Positions 10,002 through 17,439 of a stretch of 64,000 nucleotides of DNA are shown piece by piece. This stretch comes from Prochlorococcus sp. AG-321-E21. GTDB lineage: Bacteria > Cyanobacteriota > Cyanobacteriia > PCC-6307 > Cyanobiaceae. Both the position numbers and the translations under genes were made by a program. Under the pieces are notes generated by a model. That model saw only the letters and a list, made by a program, of their open reading frames with translations. It did not search any database and was not told the origin of the DNA. Each line of letters begins with the position of its first letter. Position 1 is the stretch's first letter. The stretch lies in the NCBI GenBank assembly GCA_003283415.1, contig QBXH01000004.1, positions 2,777 through 66,776 on the forward strand, in the 5' to 3' direction.

Positions 10002-10094
10002 TATTATAGCATCAAATCCACTGCTATCATTGATTTTATGGGTATCAGAACATTGCTCTAGAAGTGATACAAACAGGAAATTTATGCTATAATA
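10002..10094. promoter_or_regulatory. Divergent extended -10 promoters forming a long imperfect inverted repeat
   Basis: TGCTATAATA on minus strand at 10002-10011 and on plus strand at 10085-10094. Confidence 0.75.
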
Positions 10095-10102
10095 GGAGGT
10101 CA

Positions 10103-10142
10103 TAAAAAGAAGGTTTCAACCCTGTATGAGATTGAAACCCTG
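10103..10142 (-). terminator. Intrinsic terminator of the rep-RHH operon
   Basis: GGTTTCAA...TTGAAACC stem with minus-strand T-rich tail, a few nt after the stop at 10146. Confidence 0.7.
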
Positions 10143-10145
10143 ATG

Positions 10146-10307
10146 TCAAATTCTTATATTGTTTGCTCTTCTAAAGTTGTCTAATAACAGTTTGTCGTAC
10201 AACAATCTTATGTCTGGTTGTGTTGGTTTTTCTTTTTGAAGCAATGATTGAATTTTCGTGTATTTCACTTCATCAATCTCAACTTGAATTCTTATTTTCT
10301 GAAACAT
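10146..10307 (-). CDS. Small RHH-like protein (53 aa; not in ORF track)
   Basis: MFQKIRIQVEIDEVKYTKIQSLLQKEKPTQPDIRLLYDKLLLDNFRRANNIRI; ATG overlaps the upstream stop (TAATG). Confidence 0.7.
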   Translation of the reverse strand: MFQKIRIQVEIDEVKYTKIQSLLQKEKPTQPDIRLLYDKLLLDNFRRANNIRI

Positions 10308-10525
10308 TATCCTCGCAACCCAAATGCTTCTAACTCTCTTAACTGTGCTTTCCTTTTCAAGGTGGGATATTCACGGATAATCTTACAAACAGTATTTGCT
10401 TTATTGAGCATCAGTTCATCAGACCATTCATCTAATATTTCAAGGATGTCTTTGTTTCTTTTTGAAAGTGAGAGACAGAATGCTCTGACCTCTGTTTCAT
10501 TTTTAGGTTTAGTTTTAGTTGCCAT
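10307..10525 (-). CDS. Ribbon-helix-helix (CopG/MobC-like) DNA-binding protein, 72 aa
   Basis: RAFCLSL strand, KDILEILDEWSDEL helix, NKANTVCKIIREY helix; ATG at 10525 overlaps the rep 3' end. Confidence 0.75.
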   Translation of the reverse strand: MATKTKPKNETEVRAFCLSLSKRNKDILEILDEWSDELMLNKANTVCKIIREYPTLKRKAQLRELEAFGLRG

Positions 10526-11240
10526 TTTTCTGTAAATCTGAATTGTGCCAATCAAGGACATTATTTAAATCATCCTCTTTGTCTATTTGCTTTAGACCAT
10601 AATGAAATGTTCGTTTGAACTCCAGACCGAAAGGGTCGTTCTTGATCTCTTTGATATCTAAATTATCAGGGAATTTCCCTATCCACTTTGCTTGACGAAT
10701 ACAAGCATCTAACAAGAGTTCTGTTAGATTTGCATCTTTTCTCCTACCACTATTTATAGTGCAACCGAAGTAATCTTCTTTGTATAACAGTCGTAATATC
10801 TCTGGGTATAAACTCAATTCTTCTAATTGCAGTTCGTGTAATCCTTCTTCTACGACACCTATTGAATAATGTTTTGCCAATGCCTTATTCACGTCACCCA
10901 AGTACAAATGAGTATGAAAAGCACCCTTCATCTCACCCCATATAGGATGGATTGTTTCTTTATGGCGTTCTATCACAAATACCATTGGGACATCACCAAA
11001 ACATTCTTTTAACTTTGATCGGATAAATCTGTGTGTCTTCCTGACTTCATTCCTATCCCATCTTTTCCTATAGACCTCTTTTGATAAGAACCCTCCATCA
11101 GAATTTCTGCCATAGAACATAGTGACGAAGTACTTTGGTTCAAATTGGTAAGCACGAGAACATAAGAAGTTCTTAAAATTTGAAAGATACTTTGTCTGCT
11201 CTACTGCGTCTTTGTATTTGGTTGTGTCTGTTAAAAACAT
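10515..11240 (-). CDS. Putative HUH endonuclease / rolling-circle replication initiator
   Basis: Motif I FVTMFY (aa 38-43), FVIE (88-91), motif II GAFHTHLYL (106-114), motif III YGLK (214-217), in Rep order. Confidence 0.75.
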   Translation of the reverse strand: MFLTDTTKYKDAVEQTKYLSNFKNFLCSRAYQFEPKYFVTMFYGRNSDGGFLSKEVYRKRWDRNEVRKTHRFIRSKLKECFGDVPMVFVIERHKETIHPIWGEMKGAFHTHLYLGDVNKALAKHYSIGVVEEGLHELQLEELSLYPEILRLLYKEDYFGCTINSGRRKDANLTELLLDACIRQAKWIGKFPDNLDIKEIKNDPFGLEFKRTFHYGLKQIDKEDDLNNVLDWHNSDLQKNGN

Positions 11241-11577
11241 AAGAATACGGAAATATAAGTTTTAATTGGAAGTCACACGGACTTAATGAGGAACGTTCCT
11301 CAACTTCTCAAATTGGTTAATGAATAAAATTTAATACAGCAATCTTCTACTACCTAGGATGTAGAACTTTGCTAGACGCTACCTCGCAGTCGTCATATTC
11401 ATTCCATATTGGGAAGCACATAATGATTTATATGAATTGAATATACACTTTGGACTTTTGTTAAGAAATGCTAATAAGCGGAACGCTTAGACACACTGCC
11501 CACCACCATTTATTTCAATGATTGCAATGGTTCTCGTTTGAATATACCTTTCTGCGTTTTCTCTGTCTCCCTGTCTT

Positions 11578-11748
11578 CTAGGGTTCCACCAGATCAAGTA
11601 ATCTTCCATCCTCATCAACCAATCTGTGTCTCTTCTCCGTGCGTGTTGCTCTCTGTTTGGCAGTCCGATAGGCACCTGGCAAATGGTGCATCATTTGATA
11701 ATGCTTCCAATGACCGAATTGATCTTGCCACTGAATTGAAATCTTCAT
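11578..11748 (-). CDS. Hypothetical protein (56 aa; not in ORF track), translationally coupled to the resolvase
   Basis: MKISIQWQDQFGHWKHYQMMHHLPGAYRTAKQRATRTEKRHRLVDEDGRLLDLVEP; ATGA overlap with resolvase stop. Confidence 0.7.
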   Translation of the reverse strand: MKISIQWQDQFGHWKHYQMMHHLPGAYRTAKQRATRTEKRHRLVDEDGRLLDLVEP

Positions 11749-12278
11749 TTCTTAAGCAAACGATAAACTGACGTTCTATCAATACCCATTTCTTTTGCTA
11801 TTGCAGTTGCACCTAGTCCTTTTGCTTTCATCATCTGTACTTGCTTAGCATCAATTGTCTGACCTCTGCCCTTGAACTTATCTTTATTTGCCAAAATTCC
11901 ATCTTTTTGACGTTCTGCTCTTAACGAGGTCTCAAATTCTGAAAAAATTGAAAGCATATTCAAGAAGCATTTGCCTTCTGGTGTTCTCGTATTAATTGAT
12001 TGTTCTGTTGCTGCAAACGTAACTCTCTTTTCATCCAGTTCTTTCATAATCAACTGCATATCCAAGACGCTACGACTGCATCTATCCAATCTGGTTACGA
12101 CCACTTCGTCACTTTCACGAACAAAGTTAAGCATCTCCTTGAATTGCTCTCTGCCTTTTGTTGAAGTACCACTCACTTTTTCTTGATATATCTTCTCGCA
12201 ACCAAATGCTTCAAGAGCATCAATTTGAGATTGAAGGTTCTGACCGATTGAACTAACTCTGGCGTACCCGACTTTCAT
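11745..12278 (-). CDS. Small serine recombinase (resolvase/invertase family)
   Basis: GYARVSS catalytic Ser, VVTRLDRCSR, C-terminal HTH ATAIAKEMGIDRTSVYRLL. Confidence 0.97.
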   Translation of the reverse strand: MKVGYARVSSIGQNLQSQIDALEAFGCEKIYQEKVSGTSTKGREQFKEMLNFVRESDEVVVTRLDRCSRSVLDMQLIMKELDEKRVTFAATEQSINTRTPEGKCFLNMLSIFSEFETSLRAERQKDGILANKDKFKGRGQTIDAKQVQMMKAKGLGATAIAKEMGIDRTSVYRLLKK

Positions 12279-12287
12279 TGGATTAGG

Positions 12288-12424
12288 TGTTGTTTATAGG
12301 TCTATTCTACTATGCAACGTTGTATTTGTGTCAAATGGACTTAAAAACTACAGATTTGGTCCCGATTTGACTGTTGTCTATGGTTATACCTATTTCCCAT
12401 AGTGTTGTTCGTGCATTGTTCGTG
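12288..12424. promoter_or_regulatory. Putative res site / resolvase operator
   Basis: TGTTGT(T/C)TAT(A/G)G at 12288 and 12372; inverted CTATGCAACG at 12310; TTGTTCGTG x2 at 12405 and 12416; immediately upstream of the resolvase. Confidence 0.55.
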
Positions 12425-12441
12425 ACTTTATCAACTCGTTG

Positions 12442-13983
12442 TTATGACTTGGGTTTCTTGCCTTCTGCCTTATCCATTTCCAAGAACTTCTTATCTCTTA
12501 CTTCTCTTCCTGATTTAATATCTTTCTTCACTGCCTTATATCTTTCTTGCAATGTCTTAGTTGCATAAGGATCTGAACTCTTAATTTTCCTTATTCGTTT
12601 TGCTGACTTACTTCTATCAATTTTATTGAGGTAGTGCTTTCTTAATGTATCGGGACTGGTATAGGCATTATCAGCAAATATAATCAATTCTCTTATTTCA
12701 TTAAGTACTGGATATTCTCTAAGAGTTTCCATAAATGCAGTGTGACGCAAACTCGTCCAGATAATTTCTTTTTTAATTCTTGATTTCTTGCAGGCATATT
12801 GCAATAAGGTGTTAAGAGTATCTCCAACCTGACTAGCACTAGGATTTAACTTTGGTCTTGAGTACCAATCAAATAGAAAATATCCATTTGCCTTTCTTCT
12901 TTTCAGCATTCTCTTCACGACTTCAACTGCTTCTGGTCTGTATGCTTCTGACGTTTTCAAATTTCTCATTCCCTTCGCTTCTTCCATTTTTAAAATTGCA
13001 CTTTCTTCACCATCATCCTCTTTCACAATTTCAAACCATTCAGTCCTCAACCTTGGCATATCTTCTGCTCTCAGATAGAACAACCACATAACTTGGACTG
13101 CATCATAAAGTTCAACAAAATTTCTTGCATTCTTTCTATCTTTTTCATCCCAAGATATGTCTAAGAACTGTTGATAATTCAAATCTTGCTTTGCATTATC
13201 CCTAGAAAGTATTTCTATCTCAATTAGTAAATTGTCAAACTCATTTCTATTCAAATAAACTGCCTCTTTCTTTTCAGCAGTATGGATAGTTGGGTACTGT
13301 AAATTATCTAATTTTGGGAAATCTTGGTTCTCTCTGGCGAGGTTAAATAATTTGTTTATCAAGGTTTTGATTGCTTTCTTTGCTTTAGACATATCACTTC
13401 CAATCTCACTACCCTTCTTATCTAAAACTTTCCAAAAATCTAAAATGTCTTTGTATGTAATCTTGTCTATGCTTTTATTTACGAATGCTTGATGACAAAT
13501 CCCAGTCCTATCAGCAAACCAAGTACTCCTTTCATTAACTACTCTTTTTTTACCTCCTCGCTTATTGATGTATTGCATTTGAAAATCTTCAAAATATCTC
13601 TCCCAATAATGAGATAGAGAATAACTTGAGTTGTATTCAAGTTCTTTAGCGAGTTCTGTTAATAGAGTTCTTTGTTTTTTGTACCAATCAACTGCAACTC
13701 TCCCTGCAATGTATGGGTCTTCTTCTCCAGTTGTCCCTTCCAAATTCCTTCTCTTCCCTTTACTAGTACCGCCTGTATATTTCATTCGGTCAGGTCTTAT
13801 ATCTTCATCTGGTGCAGGCAACCATCTCACATAAAGTCCTTTACTCCGTTTCCTTCCTGTCTTTTTTCTGGGACCTCGGTATATGAAAAGATTGCTAACT
13901 GGACAATTAATACCCAAATCCAATAGAACATTTAGAGAGTTCTTTTCCCCTGATATCCATTCCTCTGGCAATGATCTCTTCAA
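12442..13983 (-). CDS. Tyrosine recombinase (integrase), 513 aa
   Basis: FYLRAED (catalytic R), EEAKG (K), WTSLRHT, C-terminal LRKHY (Tyr); adjacent to att repeat. Confidence 0.9.
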   Translation of the reverse strand: MKRSLPEEWISGEKNSLNVLLDLGINCPVSNLFIYRGPRKKTGRKRSKGLYVRWLPAPDEDIRPDRMKYTGGTSKGKRRNLEGTTGEEDPYIAGRVAVDWYKKQRTLLTELAKELEYNSSYSLSHYWERYFEDFQMQYINKRGGKKRVVNERSTWFADRTGICHQAFVNKSIDKITYKDILDFWKVLDKKGSEIGSDMSKAKKAIKTLINKLFNLARENQDFPKLDNLQYPTIHTAEKKEAVYLNRNEFDNLLIEIEILSRDNAKQDLNYQQFLDISWDEKDRKNARNFVELYDAVQVMWLFYLRAEDMPRLRTEWFEIVKEDDGEESAILKMEEAKGMRNLKTSEAYRPEAVEVVKRMLKRRKANGYFLFDWYSRPKLNPSASQVGDTLNTLLQYACKKSRIKKEIIWTSLRHTAFMETLREYPVLNEIRELIIFADNAYTSPDTLRKHYLNKIDRSKSAKRIRKIKSSDPYATKTLQERYKAVKKDIKSGREVRDKKFLEMDKAEGKKPKS

Positions 13984-14040
13984 TCCAATAGTTCCTTACT
14001 TTTAATTAGATGCTTATCAGATAAAAATCTGTGTTATCTC

Positions 14041-14073
14041 TATTATAGCAGTATGGAACCAGTATGGAACTTT
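14041..14073 (-). promoter_or_regulatory. Integrase promoter (extended -10) abutting GTATGGAAC repeats
   Basis: Minus-strand TGCTATAATA at 14041-14050; repeats at 14051-14059 and 14062-14070. Confidence 0.75.
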
Positions 14074-14160
14074 CTGTTTTGAGGTCAAAATATGCCTATT
14101 TTGGTATCACTGTGTTACTGAAATCAATGATTTTGAGGTCTTTTTATCCCACCTGTCCCT

Positions 14161-14184
14161 TTCAAATCTGGGTCCTGGCACCTT
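14161..14184 (+). repeat. att core, distal copy (attR; 3' fragment of tRNA-Phe)
   Basis: 24/24 identity with 8840-8863. Confidence 0.97.
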
Positions 14185-14202
14185 TAGTAAAAGGTTTAAA
14201 TT

Positions 14203-14225
14203 AGCATCTGAAAAGGTGCTTTTTT
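14203..14225 (+). terminator. Displaced terminator that followed tRNA-Phe before insertion
   Basis: AGCATCT-GAAAA-GGTGCT then T-tract. Confidence 0.75.
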
Positions 14226-14403
14226 AATACCTAATTTCAGTTCTAGCCTTCATAATAAGGTTATTTAAAGAAACACTAAGATAGGAAGAATGAAACCTCT
14301 GCGTGTCATATTTTTAATATTGTCTCCCCTTTAAAAGCGCGTTTTAGCAACTTTATAAATTTTATTTGACAGATTTATAATTAATATTTCCTAATTTAAA
14401 TTT

Positions 14404-14823
14404 TTATTTATCAAATCTACATACTTGACCAATTACACCCAAGATTAGTTGGTCTCCATTTGGATCTTGCCAATCAGCAAGATTGTTCAAATGACTATTT
14501 CCCTCATCTGTGTAAACATCAACATCTCTAAAAGATTTCTCAAAGCAGTTTATGTCCATGGTATAAAGAATATCTTGTGTTATTTCACTTTTAGTTTTTG
14601 GAATAAATTTGCTCAATACTCTTACAGAACCATCTTCATTTCTTTTTATACTTTTTCTATCCCATAATTGTTCACCGTATTCACTAATTGGGACTCCAAC
14701 CCACTCATGAGACAAAGCATATGATTGTTTTATTGAAATGCAAAAAGAGAAAATTATATAAAGAGCCAAAGACAAGATCTTTACAACAAGTATTGATGAA
14801 ACTTTATTATTGGCTTGAATCAT
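14404..14823 (-). CDS. Hypothetical secreted protein
   Basis: Signal-peptide-like N-terminus; two Cys in the mature part (INC, QVC). Confidence 0.7.
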   Translation of the reverse strand: MIQANNKVSSILVVKILSLALYIIFSFCISIKQSYALSHEWVGVPISEYGEQLWDRKSIKRNEDGSVRVLSKFIPKTKSEITQDILYTMDINCFEKSFRDVDVYTDEGNSHLNNLADWQDPNGDQLILGVIGQVCRFDK

Positions 14824-15050
14824 AATATTATTGAATATTAGAAATAAATAAATTGATTTTTTAAAAGATACTTATATCTTATTAATTATCAATTTTAATT
14901 ATGAATTCCTAATGAAGTTTGCTTAAGATCTATATTGAAAAAAATAAGATTAAAAACTTTGTATAAGATTTAATTGATTAGTATTTCTATTATAGATACA
15001 ATCAAATACTAATTTCTAAAGTTAGCTATCAAAGAATTTTCGAAAAAATA

Positions 15051-15686
15051 ATGAATAAGACTCAAAAATTCCTCTCAGTAGTTTTTTTTATAGCAATATT
15101 TGTTGTAATAATTTATTTCATACAAAACTATGGTGTAGAACCTCTTAGGAACAAGGTAGAGAGTATGGGAATATGGGCACCTTTTGGAATATTTTTACTT
15201 AGAGGAATAAGTATAATTTTACCTGCTCTTCCAAGTTCGGCCTATTCACTTCTGGCGGGCTCCTTATTAGGATTCCAAAAAGGGTATCTGACAATTGTCT
15301 TTTCTGATATCGTTTTTTGCCAAGCAGCTTTCTTCATAGCAAGATATTTTGGTCGTGCTCCTGTACGTGGTTTAGTAGGATCAAAAGCAATGAAAAGAAT
15401 TGAAAGTTTTAATCAAAACCAATTAGAAGAAAATTTCTTCCTAATGACAGGTCTCCTTATGACTGGACTTTTTGATTTCCTCAGCTATGCCATAGGCATT
15501 GGAGGAACACGTTGGAAAATATTTACCCCAGCTTTACTAATAAGTCTTCTAATCAGTGATTCTATTCTTGTTGCTGTTGGAGCTGGAGTCAGTCAGGGAG
15601 CAGGTTTATTCTTAGGAATAGCTCTTTTAGGCATGTTTGCTTTAGCAACTATTTCAGGTTTAGCAAAAAGAAAAATTCCAAAATAA
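15051..15686 (+). CDS. TVP38/TMEM64 (DedA/VTT domain) membrane protein
   Basis: Hydrophobic helices; LPALPSS..LLAGSLLG, FDFLSYAIG. Confidence 0.85.
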   Translation: MNKTQKFLSVVFFIAIFVVIIYFIQNYGVEPLRNKVESMGIWAPFGIFLLRGISIILPALPSSAYSLLAGSLLGFQKGYLTIVFSDIVFCQAAFFIARYFGRAPVRGLVGSKAMKRIESFNQNQLEENFFLMTGLLMTGLFDFLSYAIGIGGTRWKIFTPALLISLLISDSILVAVGAGVSQGAGLFLGIALLGMFALATISGLAKRKIPK

Positions 15687-15802
15687 AGCAAAATTAATAA
15701 GCCTAAAACCAACAATAAAAGATATAACATTTTTGCAAACAACAACATTAAAAAAGACTATTTATGTAAGAATATGAATCTGTTGATTTTACAAATTTTT
15801 AG

Positions 15803-15982
15803 ATGACTCCATTTAGACCAACATCTTACGATCGTCCTGGAGAACAAATATCAACTACACCTTCTGGATTAAAAGTGACTTCTGCAAAAAGATTAATGGT
15901 AGATTCTATGGTAAGGATGATTCAAAAAGCTACCAATCATTCAGTAGAAGATAAACTTGAAGAAGAATCTAATAACAATTAA
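15803..15982 (+). CDS. Small hypothetical protein upstream of cpeS (59 aa; not in ORF track)
   Basis: [41 protein letters not shown]...; overlaps cpeS start. Confidence 0.6.
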   Translation: MTPFRPTSYDRPGEQISTTPSGLKVTSAKRLMVDSMVRMIQKATNHSVEDKLEEESNNN

Positions 15983-16508
15983 TCAATTTATTCAAAAAAG
16001 TTTAGGAGAGTGGAAATCCATAAGAAGCACTCATTCTTTAGCTTTTCAGGAAGTTGAAAATTCAACTAGCAAAATAGTAATAAAAGAGTTAAAAATCAAT
16101 AATAAGAATGTAGTCGATCTTTTAGAAAAATATAATTCCACCTCAAAACCTTCTATTATTGCATTATCAATAAGTTGGAAGGCAATAAGCGATTGGGAAA
16201 TTGATCAAAAAATAGAGGAGGATAAAACTATATTAATATTTTTACAAAAGGATAATAATAAAGGGATTGTTCTCCGAAATAAGGGATATACAGAATCAGT
16301 GATTTCATCGTCAGAGTATTTGATTGATGAAAATGAAAATTTAAATATTAAAACTATTTACAGTTCAACAGTTTCTGAAGAAAGAATTTGTTTTTTATCA
16401 AATCATATTAGATCCAGATATTCAGTAATTAGAAATCATGAAAACAATACCGTAATTCAAACCTCACACACATCAGAGATAAGAAATATGCCTATCTTAA
16501 AAGATTGA
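15957..16508 (+). CDS. cpeS: Phycobiliprotein lyase, CpcS/CpeS family
   Basis: [30 protein letters not shown] motifs; next to cpeB. Confidence 0.9.
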   Translation: MKKNLITINQFIQKSLGEWKSIRSTHSLAFQEVENSTSKIVIKELKINNKNVVDLLEKYNSTSKPSIIALSISWKAISDWEIDQKIEEDKTILIFLQKDNNKGIVLRNKGYTESVISSSEYLIDENENLNIKTIYSSTVSEERICFLSNHIRSRYSVIRNHENNTVIQTSHTSEIRNMPILKD

Positions 16509-17019
16509 TTATTCTTTCAAATTGAAACTCTATATTAGAAATCAAATCAGGAAGAAATTCTTTTTCTCCTTTCATAGTATTTACAGTAGATTTTAAATCA
16601 GAAATCGTTGAATCTCTCATCAGTTCAAAAACTCGGATAGCATTTTTTAGAGGTACACCAAGGGCTAAATAAGTATTTTTAAGTTCCTTTAAACAGTTTT
16701 TAGATAAAACTGATTCATCATCAGAAATTAAAAGGTAAGAAACAATCCTTAAAATTATTTCTCCATCTCTTAGACAAACAGACATCTTATTTGTGGTATC
16801 TATAGACATTTTTGTATTAACTGAATCTTGATTTTCACAAATCATTGCAGTAACCGCATCAGCGGCAATTGCGTGAGAATTATTCGTTATTGAATTTATT
16901 GCATCTAATCTTGAATTTGCACTATTTATAAATTCTTTTATATCTTCAATATTTTTATTACTTATATTTTCTAATTCTCTATTAGTTGATAAAATTTGAT
17001 TACTATTTGAAACTGTCAT
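16492..17019 (-). CDS. cpeB: Phycoerythrin beta subunit (degenerate high-light type)
   Basis: [36 protein letters not shown]. Confidence 0.92.
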   Translation of the reverse strand: MTVSNSNQILSTNRELENISNKNIEDIKEFINSANSRLDAINSITNNSHAIAADAVTAMICENQDSVNTKMSIDTTNKMSVCLRDGEIILRIVSYLLISDDESVLSKNCLKELKNTYLALGVPLKNAIRVFELMRDSTISDLKSTVNTMKGEKEFLPDLISNIEFQFERIINLLR

Positions 17020-17200
17020 TCTTAAATCTAAAAACTTAAAATTTCTATTTGTTCATAATAGATCAGAGCAAATTAAAATAATTAAATCTTAAAATAAACG
17101 AAATGGTTCTTAATCAAAAACTACATTTCAAAGTGATATTCAAAATACTGTAAATAAAAAATATTTTTCGCTAATATATGCTTAATATCTCTAAAAAATT

Positions 17201-17395
17201 TTGGATAAACAAGAATTACAATTATCAAAAAAACTTGTTTCTTCTTATAAAAAAAGATTAGAAAAAGAAATTCTTATTAGAAGTATTAAATTAAAAATGC
17301 CTCAGAATAAGTTCGAAGAAATTATCAAAAATAATAATGAACTAATTAATTTAAAAAAAGCATTAGAGGAGTTAGAGATTAACCCTCAATCTTAA
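17201..17395 (+). CDS. Small hypothetical protein
   Basis: 64-aa ORF occupying the intergenic gap, co-oriented with the helicase. Confidence 0.55.
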   Translation: MDKQELQLSKKLVSSYKKRLEKEILIRSIKLKMPQNKFEEIIKNNNELINLKKALEELEINPQS

Positions 17396-17439
17396 AATTA
17401 AAGTAAGGCAAAAATTTTTAATAATACAATCTACAAAAA

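Larger units (their letters stand above)
8840..14184. mobile_element. tRNA-Phe-integrated element (tycheposon-like integration module; putative rolling-circle replicon), 5,321-bp excision unit
   Basis: Identical 24-bp direct repeats of the tRNA 3' end; tyrosine and serine recombinases; non-core genes all on the minus strand. Confidence 0.95.

Noticed and set aside
11487-11675. 62-aa ORF in the track
   Set aside because: GTG start inside the better-supported 56-aa ORF (11578-11748), which is coupled to the resolvase by ATGA.
10248-13926. Plus-strand ORFs within the element (10248, 11538, 11971, 12374, 12852, 13631, 13672)
   Set aside because: Antisense shadows of minus-strand genes, with no recognisable motifs.
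8840-14184. Prophage, inovirus or PICI-type satellite call
   Set aside because: No capsid, terminase, Zot-like ATPase, small hydrophobic coat genes or primase are recognisable.
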